Below, piece after piece: positions 1 through 10,799 of a stretch of DNA of 64,000 bases (the stretch's first letter is position 1; every line of letters begins with the position of its first letter). The notes under the pieces were generated by a model. The model did no database searches. It was not told the origin of the DNA and was given only the letters and a program-made list of their open reading frames with translations. The DNA lies in NCBI GenBank assembly GCA_964036045.1, contig OZ038379.1, forward strand, positions 9,238,001-9,302,000, written 5' to 3'. This stretch comes from Eutreptiella sp. 'Long Island Sound 2002'. Its lineage: Eukaryota > Protista > Euglenida. The translations under genes and the position numbers were made by a program.

Positions 1-279
1 CCCACCCACCCACTGACCGACTGACCCCCTGAGAGCACCTGCCCTTTCCTTTCCTTTTTGAAACCGATCCCCTCGGGTGGAGTGGGGGATCTTACCGTGC
101 TGCAGCGTGTGGGCCAGGGTATAGGGTCAGGGTCAGTTTCAGAGTGGGGTCCCGCATCCAGCGGAGTGGTCCGCAGCGCACCCGTCCATACAACCGCCGG
201 TATTTCCGGCCTTGGTGATACTTCAGTACTGCTATCCCAAGTCCTGTGCAGTTTTCTTGTGCTCTGCTTGTGCAAACCT

Positions 280-400
280 GGGTCTTTGCCATGTGCCCCG
301 CGTTGCGGGGATCCACTGTATCATATGCTGGAGACGCCCACTTTGCCAAGCACATTCTTGAGTACTCTTTGAACTTCTGGAGTCAGCCAAAAAAAAAAAA
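280..400 (+). repeat. Poly(A)-terminated dispersed repeat (SINE/LINE 3' end), second copy at about 6422-6539
   Basis: GGGTCTTTGCCATGTGCCCC...GAACTTCTGGAGTCAG(C/T)CAAAAAAAAA is near-identical at 289-400 and 6423-6539; both copies end in an A tract. Confidence 0.75.
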
Positions 401-437
401 GTAGCGTGCCGGGCGCGTGCCGGGCAAACATTCCCCC
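396..437 (+). mobile_element. Right terminus of a PIF/Harbinger-like element (left end not identified)
   Basis: AAAAGTAGCGTGCCGGGCGCGTGCCGGGCAAACATTCCCCC matches the right end at 5817-5856 and the AAAAGTAGCGCGC...CCCCC ends of the other family members. Confidence 0.6.
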
Positions 438-439
438 GA

Positions 440-2450
440 GGTTGTTACACACTCCAAAGCGGATTCCAACCCTCATGGCCATTGCCTTGCTATCTGTAGG
501 AGACAATGTCCTTTTGTGGATTATTTGTATGAGCTCGCACTTGAACCCCTGAACCCCGCATCCGCACTCTCGGATCATCGCGAATTAGTAGCATGGCTTA
601 TTAGTAACGGCCCACATAGTGCTGCATATTGCTACAAGTTGGGCCCCAATCGGGTCAAGGCAGAATGCCTATGTCCCTAGAGGCAGCCACCATCTTCCAA
701 CACACTCACGCCACAACAGACTGTGCTTGGCCACGGCCACCAACCACCAAGGATATGAAGACCCTTGTGACGCATAAATGCAGGGTGGTTTCCTATCTTC
801 CTCCCTGGCTAGGTTTCATAGCGTGGGCAGTGCGCACGTAACCCAACAACATCCCCTGTGCCCCTATAGCACGGATTTCCGTCCTCCGTGTGCCAACACC
901 CCCACGACTCACCTGCAGCTCTTCAGAGGCAATACTCCCGCCAGAAAAAGTGGCACACATATTGCCTGTTGCCTGTTTCTGAGTAGAGCTGAACATGCAT
1001 TCTAACGGGCAATTCCCGGCTCATTTTGTGGTTCATATGCTATCGAGTCTGCATGACTTGTTTTGTGCCAAGCATCCTTTGCACAGTACTTTGGGGGCGA
1101 GGGAACCGTCACTTGGGGTATGTTCCCTCGGGTTGCAAGGATACCGTTGCGTGCAGGCGATTACTATGCAAGGGGTGGGGGGTATAAAAAAATCGTTCCA
1201 TATCCACAACTCCTGCTGAGGTCACTCTCAGGCTTCACCACTTTTGTGGTATGAAACAGAATTCATACCAGGGAGCACTGGAGCCTTACACTCACAAACT
1301 GAATGCCCTGAAAGGTGTGGCATCTCTGCTATACTTGATTATGTATACTACTACCCCCTGCGGGTGTACAATTGGGCAGATGGTAGGGGCCTGTAGAATG
1401 TACTAGTGGTCAAGACCAGGCACCTGCCATGCCTGGCATCTGCTGGAAGCAGTCGTGGGTGAAATATCATTGAAACTGGTTTCAGAATGTTTGTTTTGTC
1501 GTGACACCTGAATAGCCAATGGCTGGGGCGTACATAGGCATCATTGCCTTGGCAGTCCATGTGTCTACAGCATTCCACAGCATTCAGTGTCCAATGATGA
1601 TCTGTGGGTTGGGCAGGCCTCGGCCTTGCCAAAGCGTCAAAGGGGCCCTGAAGCTAGTTGAGTGCACACGTGTTTTCCACACCCTATGTTGAATGCACAT
1701 CCAAACGCCAGTCTGTCAGGGCAAATGAGCCAAGGCCTGATAGCCCACTTGGATTGCAAAGATGGCTTGAGCTTTGTCCATGATCACAGAGCATAGGGCA
1801 TGGGTCGCCCTGGACAATGCCAAGGCGCTGTATGCGGTCCGATTTCGTTCACCTCTGTGGGTTTTTCTTTGAGAATGGTGCATCCTGTGTGGAGGCTGCT
1901 GTACTATCTGATGCATGCAGAGCACTACACTATTTGCTTGCCTATTGCGACGCCACAGTGGGTTTGGCACCCTTCAATATGGGACCTGATGCTGTGCACT
2001 TATCGCTTTCTCTCCTCTCTGCATGTTAGTAACAGTGAATTGCATGAGTTACCAGTGCACAAAGTGGATTCCTCAGGTGCTGGTGAAGTCCTGCCCCTGG
2101 TTTCTGTACTCTCTGTCGATGAATAAATGCTGTTCTGCAACTTTTGTATTTGAGCAATGTTATATTCAAAGAAGAGCTGCAGGCACCATGCACGCACCAT
2201 ACAGGTGCCTCCTAGTCTATATCACTGGAGTAGCACTTCCATGAGGCTGACAGCGTAGACCACAGCCTGATCCAAATGTGGTAGCCGCCGACACAGCTTT
2301 CGCACCTCTTAAGCCCTGTGCCTCCAAGACACAGGAAGACTAGACGACATTGTCTTGCCAACACTTCACTATGGTCCCATTTCAGAGCAGGACAGCAACA
2401 AAGTGCAGCGTTAGTCTTTTGCACGTCTCTTCCTGTAGCCTTTGATGTAC
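440..2450 (+). pseudogene. Decayed non-LTR retrotransposon (LINE) ORF2: AP-endonuclease end plus reverse transcriptase
   Basis: Frame-broken motifs appear in the expected order: DYLY...SDHRELV (APE C-terminal SDH, about 525-590), QTPVCQGK (Q.GF-like, about 1700), VALDNAKALYAV (D..KAFD.V-like, about 1805-1840), GTLQYG (about 1970), VLSVDE (YADD-like, about 2105-2124). Many stops and frameshifts. Confidence 0.6.
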
Positions 2451-3913
2451 TGGACAAGTTTCACGTGCATTTCCCTCCTCCTGAAAACAGCATCTGCCCT
2501 CTGCCCCTTGGGACTCACGGCACTGTCCATATCAGCACAACATTTCCAGGATGTCAAAGCACCGGAGGTTGAGCAGTGCAACCCCTCTGGCTTCCAGCAG
2601 AAGCACGGGAACGGTTTGTAGTCTGAGTCGCGAGGAATGCAAGGACTTCCGGTGCCATCGAAGCACCCGATTTATCCCTCTTCAATCATTCGCCTGCGTT
2701 GAGGGGAAAAAAGACTGCCAGTCAACGATTATGAGAGTACCCCTGTGAGACACGGCAGACCAACACTCTTCCTGCAACAGTGAATCTCAGATGTGATGGT
2801 CTAAGCAGGACAACCTTTCAATGTGTCCCACAGAATTTTTCGGATGGAGTGCCCATGGAATGGAGAATGGAATGCCCACTGCATGTTATGAAACCCAACA
2901 CTTTTTTCCCCATGCTTCTCTTGAGAGCTTGCTTGACACAAAGTGAGCCTCTGAAAAAAGGTCGGAATTTGATTTCTGTGCATCCCCCCCCCCAGAAAAA
3001 CAGATGGACCGACTGAATGCCTGCTGATGGGCTTCGCGAATTTCCCTCCCAGAGCTGGGCACAAAGTGCAGCTCGTGTTCATATGTCCCAAGGACACCCA
3101 TGTCCTCATGTATATTTATCTATGCATGTACCTTGTGCCCCTCTACACCGCCATCTGGAGCCTAGCTTTTGTTCCTCTTGCTGCCTTCACTGTCTTTTCG
3201 TTTTTTTTTTTGGTCATTTTGCAAAATTTTCATTTCACAGAGCCAAGCCTGGATATCCTGTTCACCGAAGAAGGGAACAACAAACAACACTTGGAACTCT
3301 CTGTGGCAATTGCACTGTGGTTGAGGGTTGGTTGTTTTGGGGAACCAACACAACAACATGGTCTTAGAGTCATGTGCAGCACAATTGCAGATGGATTAAT
3401 CTACAGATGGATCAATCACCAACCTGACGCGAACACGGGTTCCGACACCCATCGTGAATGATGCTTGCTCTTGGCGGGTGCCCAGAAAATCATGCAACTC
3501 TGGGAGGAGAGGGTCATTTGAGAATACAAATTCCCATACTGGAGCTCTGAGTTCTTCACTGCATCTATGAAAGAAAAATGGGACAACAACAGGTTCTTGA
3601 ACCACCTGTATTCCCTGTATTTTGTCACGCAGACAAAAACAAGGATCAGGTCAAATCCCAGGAGGAGAGTGTTGGAATAAAGGTATTTTATGAAATAAAC
3701 ATCAGGTTTGTTCATATTGACCGGTTCTCTTTAGGGGGAGCGTTAGTGCGCCGGGCATCTTTTTTGACCCGTGCCCCACCGGTGACCATTTAGGGGGTGC
3801 ACTGAGGGGGCGCATTTAGCACATTGCAACTATTTGGGCGTCTAGCCGTACTAGAGACCCGTACTTTGAGATACTACGGGCATCATTGTTACCCCTAGCC
3901 CGGGTTTTGACTT

Positions 3914-4221
3914 CTGATTTTGTCCCCTTTGTTGGGGACCCCCGAGAATGCAAGGGTGACGTAGCACTTCCGCCCTCTTTTGGGCCCGAGAAGGCAGGGG
4001 TGAGGCGGCCACTTCTGATTTTGTTCCCCTTTGTTGGGGACCCCGTGAATGCAAGGATGACGTAGCAAATCTGCCCTCTTTTGGGCCCCCAAGAAGGCAG
4101 GGGTGAAGCAGCCAATTCTGATTTCATCCTCCTTTGTTTGGGGACCCCCGAGAATGCAGAGGTGCCGTAGCATTTCCGCCCTCTTTTGGGCCGCCGAGAA
4201 GGCAGGGGTGAGGCAACAATT
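3914..4221 (+). repeat. Three tandem 101-103 bp subterminal repeats of the Harbinger-like element
   Basis: CTGATTTT...GGGGACCCC...AGAAGGCAGGGGTGA units start at 3914, 4015 and 4118. One partial unit is kept in the elements at 7109, 12606 and 23449. Confidence 0.85.
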
Positions 4222-4445
4222 CGACTTCGTTCAACCTTATGGTGCTATCGAGGAAACCAAGACATTGTTTGTTACGCTTTTGCGTTGCATTGTGTGATGT
4301 TGTGTTGTGCTATGTTGTGTTTCGTTGCGTTGTTGTGTGCATGTGTGTCTTGAAATGCATGCGTGCGTCCATGTGCACTGTGAAACGGGCACACCGAGCT
4401 GGTAATATGGTGATGATGATGTTTTGATTTGGGATGGGTATGAAC

Positions 4446-5024
4446 CACGGGGGGGGGGGCGACTCCGCGGGTCCTAGGACGCCAACTACCCCTGCCCCCC
4501 CCCCCCCCCCCCTAGGGGCCTTCGGCCAACAGTTAGTTGCCAAAGGTGTTGCCCTCAGGCATCCATGGGCGCCTAAGGCGCCCGATGCTCCATGAACACC
4601 AAAGGTGCCCTAAGGAAAAATTTTGTCCAATTTGCACCCCAACACTATCCTTAAACCCAACCTTGACTCTAACACCCACCCCCAACCCTCAGCCTACTCC
4701 TATCCCTACACCTAACCCTAACCCTAACCCTAGCCCTAACCCTAGCCCTGGCTCTCACCCTAGGCTAGGGTCAGAGTGAATGTTGGGGTCCAAAATGGAG
4801 AGCAATGATGTGGCAAAAGCAGCCATGAACGAAATTGGAGGGATCCGCAAAGGTTAGGGTTAGGTTTATGGTGATGCTATGGTTAGAGGGAGGGCAAGGG
4901 GAGGTAAGGGGAGCCTGTGCCCCCCCCCCCCCAACACCCCAAATCACCTCACCTGGACCCCCCCCCCCAACCCACCCTCCCGGAGCCCCCCCCCCCCATC
5001 GCCCCTCCTAGACCCCCCCTCCAA

Positions 5025-5058
<34 letters not shown>

Positions 5059-5128
5059 GGGGCCTCCGGCCAACAGTTAGTTGGGGGGGTAGTTGGCGTC
5101 TAGAACCGAGGGGTCGCCCCCCCCCGGG
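4446..5128. mobile_element. hAT-type MITE (683 bp) with 8-bp TSD GTATGAAC
   Basis: Imperfect TIRs of about 45 bp (CACGGGGGGGGGGGCGACTCCGCGGGTCCTAGGACGCCAACTACCCC versus the reverse complement of the right end). GTATGAAC occurs at 4438-4445 and 5129-5136. Confidence 0.85.
4645..4765. repeat. Degenerate CCCTAA (telomere-like) tract inside the MITE, with a short opposite-orientation TTAGGG tract at 4853-4870
   Basis: CCTAACCCTAACCCTAACCCTAGCCCTAACCCTAGCCC at about 4711-4750; GGTTAGGGTTAGG at about 4853. Confidence 0.75.
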
Positions 5129-6124
5129 GTATGAACCTTCTCATACCCGAGGTGATTACTTTGATTTCGAAGTTGGGGGCCATGATGGTGCTTATAAAGG
5201 CCGGATTCATGTCATTGTGCCGTTCATTGGAAGAAAGAATGGCACTTTGACAGCTCGCCAACAATCTTACAATGACGTGCACGGGTGGTGTAGGGCGCGC
5301 ATCGAGCAACTGTTTGCTCGGTTGTGGCATTGGGGCTTGGTTAGGAACACCTGGCGTGGTGGCCCCAATAAGTTGCACCAGTTAGTCCGTATTTTGTTGC
5401 ATTGTACGCAATTGTGCATTAGCAAGCAGGTGCGCCACACCCCCCCCCCCCCCTAGGGACCATGGGAGCACGTCTCGCCTCATGTTTGGACTGACCAAAG
5501 CAACTCTGCGACCACGCAAGATGAGGCAGAGGATGAGGTAGAAGTGTGTGTGTTGTGTTGTTAGAAGCGTTCCACCATCACAGTTTGTGGTGAGTGTGAA
5601 GAGCACTATTGTGCTGAATGTATTGACACCCACACTTGTGGGACCAATGTTGTTTATTAAGTACAGTACAAATGACATTTGGAGTTGTTGAATTCACCGC
5701 TACTGCCTTATTATGCAACGTGCTTTGTACGGAAGGTGTGTAGTGCAATGTAAGCTACTCGGGGGGCTTCTCCATGAGAGGGTAAATCTGGGGCTGAAGT
5801 TGGGATAGTTAATAGAAAAGCAGCGCGCTGGGCGCGTGCCGGGCAAACATTACCTTTTAGACTCACTGACTTTTTGCTGTTGCTTGCGGGCGCCGAGCAT
5901 TTGTGCTGCTAGATTTCTGCGTGCTTGGGATGTGGGTGACCACCGCCACCACTGAACAAAGAGGCGAGATGGAGAGTGGTTTGTAGGGCGAAACACTCCT
6001 TCTTCTTCTTGTTGTTGTTCTTCTTGTCATGACCCCAATGCCCTTGGACGCATTTGTGGTGGGAGGCGAAATGGTGATCAAGTTGCTCACTAGTGATCGC
6101 ACACTGAGGTTTGGTAGTGGAAAG

Positions 6125-6874
6125 CAAAGCGAAGTCGTGACGTAAGGACAAGAGAATGAGGCGCCGCCCACCAGGTGGAGTCGCCTCGGCCCTAACTGCC
6201 AGTGCCGCACAAGGCCCGGCATCCTGGGCCAACGCCCGCCGCCGGACATGGCCCCTACAAAGCGACGAAAGCTTGTCACTCTTGAGGACCTGTGGGGAAT
6301 GGCACACACGTGATCCAGTATGTCTTAACCCCCTTAAATCTTGCGCATTATAGGCTTGCCATATGGCGTGGCGGTTTTGCCTACCGCATCAGAGAGCCCT
6401 CTGGTATACGCATGTGAACTATGGGTCTTTGCCATGTGCCCCGCGTTGCGGGGATCCACTGTATCATATGCTGGAGACGCCCACTTTCCCAAGACATTCT
6501 TGAGTACTCTTTGAACTTCTGGAGTCAGTCAAAAAAAAAGACGCAAGGACAAGAGAATGAGGAAACTAGCAAACCCCGTTAGGCAGCACGTGAAAGGAAG
6601 AGGGAAATTGACCTAAGAAGTAGAATAAGCAGCACAGAGGAGAGAGGAGTGAAAGAGTAGGAAGATAACATTCAAGGTAAAAAGTGCCGCGAGATGACGC
6701 GTGGCCGAGAGGCATACCCTAATGGTTGAATGTATCAATACCGGAAATTCAAGGGGTGTTTTTCAATGCCTTGGACAGACTGGCAAGTCAGACAATTGCA
6801 GACCGCAGCATAGCCATGATTCCACTGCCCAGATGGGGCCGTGCATTGGATTGGCGGAAGTACAAAAAAAAGAT
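6125..6874 (+). mobile_element. A-tailed retro-insertion flanked by a 20-bp direct repeat
   Basis: TGAGGTTTGGTAGTG(G/A)AAAG at 6105-6124 and 6875-6894; A8 tract at 6864-6871 just before the right copy. Confidence 0.55.
6162..6539 (+). mobile_element. Nested poly(A)-tailed retro-insertion with 23-bp TSD
   Basis: GACG(T/C)AAGGACAAGAGAATGAGG at 6139-6161 and 6540-6562. The insert ends in A9, and its 3' part is repeated at 289-400. Confidence 0.75.
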
Positions 6875-7108
6875 TGAGGTTTGGTAGTGAAAAGTGGTTG
6901 TGAAGCGTCCAAGGACTTTGTATTGATTGGACCTCAATCGAGCCCTGTTCCATTCCCCCCTTTCCCATGGGGACATCCAAATACACGGCCCGTTGATTCG
7001 CTGCACTTCATGGTCAAACTCAGGCCGCCACCCTCCAATCACTTGTGGTAGTTTTGATGCAGTGAGGACGCCAGAACATGCTGAAACTTTCCTGCGCATT
7101 GTGTCCTA

Positions 7109-7851
7109 GGGGGCGCCTCAAGCGCAGTGCGCGCGCAGTGCGCGCGGAGTGCAACTATTTGGGCGTCTGGCCGTACTAGAGACCCATACTTTGAGATACT
7201 AGGGGCCCCTAGGGGCATCATGGTGACCCGTAGCGTACGTTTTGACTTCTGATTTTGTCCCCCGTTGTTTGGGGACCCCCGAGAATGCAGGGGTGACGTA
7301 GCATTTCCGCCCTCTTTACTACAATGCCGTTTGCGACTCTCTTGCCTTGATTGTGTTTATGCTTTACATTATATCTCTGCAGAGTGGCGAAGAGCCATTT
7401 CCACTCAGGGGGGCAAGCACGCATTGGACGGCCAAAGATTCCATAGAGTCATTTCCACTCAGGGGGACAAGCACACATCGGACAGCTAAAGATTCCATAG
7501 GGAAGTGGAAGTATTGAAGCAAGTCCGATTATCCGATACAAGGACGCGATTAAGGCTCGTGTGAGTACCATGTACGTAAGGGAAAGGGCATTCATGGATC
7601 ATGTTACATGCAAGTTTGCCCCAACCCAACCTCCATCGCTAAAAATGGTGCAACCCACGCCTGTTCATGGCTTTTCCAGTTGTGCATGATGTGTGTAGTG
7701 GGAAGGGAAGGTAGTTTGCAACTTTCTTGAGCTGGGGCAGTTTGGGTCACCTAATTCTAAGGGCGTTTCTAAGGGGTGTGCTTGGGGGCTCTTCGGGGGG
7801 AACATAGTCTAAAAGTAGCGCGCAGTGCGCGCGCAGTGCAAAGGTTCCCCC
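7109..7851 (+). mobile_element. Non-autonomous PIF/Harbinger-like element (743 bp)
   Basis: GGGGGCGCCTCAAGCGCAGTGCGCGC left end and GCGCAGTGCAAAGGTTCCCCC right end are shared with the 12606 and 23449 copies. Flanks are CTA / (C)TA. Internal 54-bp tandem duplication at 7391-7498. Confidence 0.85.
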
Positions 7852-8660
7852 CTAAGTGCCCTGTTGCGACAATTGTGGTTAGGGTGAGGTATGTGCACGT
7901 CTTTGTCACATGCATTTTTTTGCTACCGCACATCACGCACAAGCACAGGCTTGCCCAAGCACGGGGCCGCTGCTCTGCCGCAAGTCATAAACGAATGACC
8001 TGAGGGTCCTACCGGTGTGATACCGGGGGTGACGGCCATCGTTGAATTATGGCTAAGCACGGGACCCGAGCTGACCAGTGACCTGAACCCATGTTTATGC
8101 AATAAACATAAGTTTAGTTCACAGTGACCCGTTGTCCTTTCCAGACTCACTAAGATTCACTGACCCCGAATGCAATGCGCCACTAGATTTCTGCTTGCCA
8201 GGGATGTGGGTGATCACGACTACCACTGAACCGAGCACCAGTTGTGGGCGGCGGCTTTGCTGCCTTACTGGGCAACAAGGATGAACAATGGATGGGACCA
8301 GTGTGCTTGTGCAAGGGGGTGGGGTATGAGGTCACCTATGCAGAATAACATTTTGCGCTTCTAGCTGATGTTTTTGGTGGAAGATGGTGAGGTCCAAGTG
8401 GTTGGACACAAGACTCAAGCCTCATGGGAGGCGATTTGCCACACAACCCAGAAGGTCTTTCCGGAAAATCCTGACTTATCACAGCCACACAGTTGGCGTC
8501 TCTTTGCTGTGAAATTTGCTCGGATCAGAGTTGGCATTTTAGGAGGCGGAGTAGTGGGTGGCCCGTGAATTATTGGACCAAACTGATTAGGATTCCCAAT
8601 GCAGCCCTATGCGGCAACCGGATTTTGCTGCACCTCCACCAGACCCACATGGTGACAAAA

Positions 8661-8702
8661 TGATGGAGTCTAAGACACTCCTGATGGAGTCTAAGACACT
8701 CC
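8661..8702. repeat. Perfect 21-bp tandem duplication
   Basis: TGATGGAGTCTAAGACACTCC twice. Confidence 0.9.
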
Positions 8703-9451
8703 GATGTATTGCCCGTTAAATGCCGTATGCATTACTCTGTGGCGCAATTCGTGCATGTTTACTAGCACAGATGATATGCCGTGCAAAATTGTACTCCCAG
8801 CATAAGGTGTACCACTTTGTTACTTTGCCTCCTGGCCACATCTTTTTGACCACACAAGTGGAGGTATCGTCTACTATAGTCCAACATAATTTCCTCCCGC
8901 GCGTCCATGAGATGATGCCTGGCATTCCTATGTGAGGCGTATACTATGTCCTTTGTTGGCTGTGTCAAGGGTCCTTGCTAGTGCTCTCTGTGACAACTTT
9001 CATTGCTACTTTGATTACCACACCGATGTGCATGTTTCAAAACACCCACACCCACCCAACCCTGTTTCTCTGGACATATTTGTCTAGTGCATAGACACTA
9101 CAATGCATACATGTGCTAGGGTTGTACACCGTATTGCCAATTGTCAATAGCCCCCCCCCCCCCCTGTCAATCAGCTGAGGGAAAGGAGCATATCTCAAAC
9201 GCACTGGGCACACGTGATGCAGTGCTTACCGGGTTGGAAGCTAGGTCCACCTCCCACGGAGCTGATGGGACCGGCTTTGCCTTCGGTCTTTGGCAAGTCC
9301 TACATGCTGGTCGGTGGTTCGAGCACGCGAAGGGGTGAAATTAGTTCTCGGGGCGGTTGGACTTGGAATGTGAGATTGGGATTTTTATGGCCGTTATTTT
9401 CCCCTCACAACTCCATGATTTCTATCTCCTTTCTGAGTGTGCATTTTTTCG

Positions 9452-10243
9452 ATGGATGCCACTAGTCTGAGCACAATGTTGTCCACAATGCGCGAGGCCT
9501 TGGCATGTACAGAGCAATTATATGAAGAACAACGTCAAAGAGCTGATGGCCTTCAACAGGAGCTCATGGATTGCCAAGCTAAATTGCTTGTTCAGGGTGG
9601 TCGCTTGGAGTTCTTGGAGACCGCCCACAAGGAGTTGTACAAAAAGATGGAGGGCCAACAACGTAATGTAGAAGAGGCAATGCAACTATCAGTGGAACAC
9701 ATGGGTAACGCAATGCAATACCACCGTCTGTCTGTTTTTGTTACGGAGGAGCTACCCGAGGTGCTCAATGTGTGGATGACAGAGAGGTTAGCATCGTTGC
9801 AACGGCTCCAGGAGACCATCTCCTCTTTGGGCACCAAGGTCATGGCGCATTTCCAGGGCCTGAACCACCGCATTGCCAAATATGAACAAGTCCTCAACTT
9901 GTATGAGGAGGATATGGTGTCTCTGCGGAGGCAACAGATTTTGAATCAAGAGGAGGTTTTCAGGCAGAAGGAGCATGCAGCTGCACAGTCTCAGAGGCAC
10001 TTGCTAGAGGTGCAAGCCCTCACTGAGAAGTTCAGCACAGACAAAGCGCAGGTCCTCGTGCAGCTGCGTGAGACTCGTTTGGCGCAGCAGCGCGAGATCA
10101 TGGAATTGGGTGCCCAGCTGACTGTGAAGAGCAGTGGGCAGCAGGCTGCAGAGTTGTACCGAAAGAAGCTGCAGAGAGCCACCGCTGAGAAACAGGAGCT
10201 GGCCCTCAGAGTTCAGAGATACGAGAAGCAGGGCCTCCACTGA
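9452..10243 (+). CDS. Coiled-coil protein, 263 aa (host gene or LINE ORF1-like)
   Basis: Uninterrupted ORF of about 790 nt in a region where other coding remnants are stop-ridden. E/Q/K/L heptad-type composition (LQQELMDCQAKLL...ELYRKKLQRATAEKQELALRVQRYEK). Pyrimidine tract plus AG just upstream. Confidence 0.5.
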   Translation: MDATSLSTMLSTMREALACTEQLYEEQRQRADGLQQELMDCQAKLLVQGGRLEFLETAHKELYKKMEGQQRNVEEAMQLSVEHMGNAMQYHRLSVFVTEELPEVLNVWMTERLASLQRLQETISSLGTKVMAHFQGLNHRIAKYEQVLNLYEEDMVSLRRQQILNQEEVFRQKEHAAAQSQRHLLEVQALTEKFSTDKAQVLVQLRETRLAQQREIMELGAQLTVKSSGQQAAELYRKKLQRATAEKQELALRVQRYEKQGLH

Positions 10244-10799
10244 TGCAGGCTGTGTGGCCTCCCTCGTGGAGCTATGCTGGACCGAGCCACTCCAAACACT
10301 CCAAAGGGGCGTTGGCGCCCTGGCCCGGGGCGTTCCACGCCAGGGAGGGTGCTCAGGGGTGGCTGGTGGGGGAAGGGGATGGGGCGGTTGGCCGGCCTGC
10401 GCACGCCGCTGCTCCCGAGGCCGTGGTGCTCTCCATTTGCCTCTGTTCCACCTCCTTCCCCTCGTCCGTGAAGACCGACCACGCACCAGCGCTGTGTGAT
10501 CTGCAGCACTCTGCAGGTGCTGGCCCTTTGTGGTACCTGAGAGTTGAGCCCCACGCCGCTTGTTATCTGCGTCAGTGCTCTCCATCTGTAGCCCCAGCCG
10601 CAGCCAGTCCTTCCTCCCTCCCCTCTGCCATTGCATAGCCGCTACACAGATGCTCAGGCAGGCGCAGAACACAAGACAACACTTGCCAACACCTCCCTAA
10701 TCTGTCGCCCCGACTCGGCAGCGCTAGAATAGAGGTGTAGTGCAATCGCATGGAGTAGTGGTATGCATGGCTGCACGCCTCCGTCGTTGATGTGCCATA

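Larger units (their letters stand above)
4394..5660 (+). pseudogene. Harbinger/IS5-type (DDE_Tnp_4-like) transposase C-terminal fragment with Cys-rich tail, split by a MITE
   Basis: Removing 4446-5136 rejoins YGDDDVLIWDGYEPSHTRGDYFDFEVGGHDGAYKGRIHVIVPF...LTARQQSYNDVHGWCRARIEQLFARLW, the D..IW / DGAY / LT..Q..YN..H...R..IE..F pattern. It is followed by VCVLCC..ITVCGECEEHYCAECIDTHTC. Confidence 0.8.
3793..5856 (+). mobile_element. PIF/Harbinger-like DNA transposon derivative, TTA target-site duplication
   Basis: TTA|GGGGG start at 3793. The right end GCGCGTGCCGGGCAAACATTACCTT|TTA is a degenerate version of the family end. It contains a DDE_Tnp_4-like transposase fragment interrupted by a MITE. 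Confidence 0.75.

Noticed and set aside
2760-3760. ORFs 3027-3461 (+) and 3162-3715 (-) as genes or a hAT remnant
   Set aside because: Only vague motif hints in broken frames; not enough to support a call.
4645-4870. True telomere or chromosome-fusion scar
   Set aside because: Short, degenerate and enclosed within a TSD-flanked MITE.
7860-9100. Decayed retroelement or recombinase on the minus strand
   Set aside because: Shares a short repeat with about 5905-5950, but no RT, RNase H or recombinase motif could be read convincingly.
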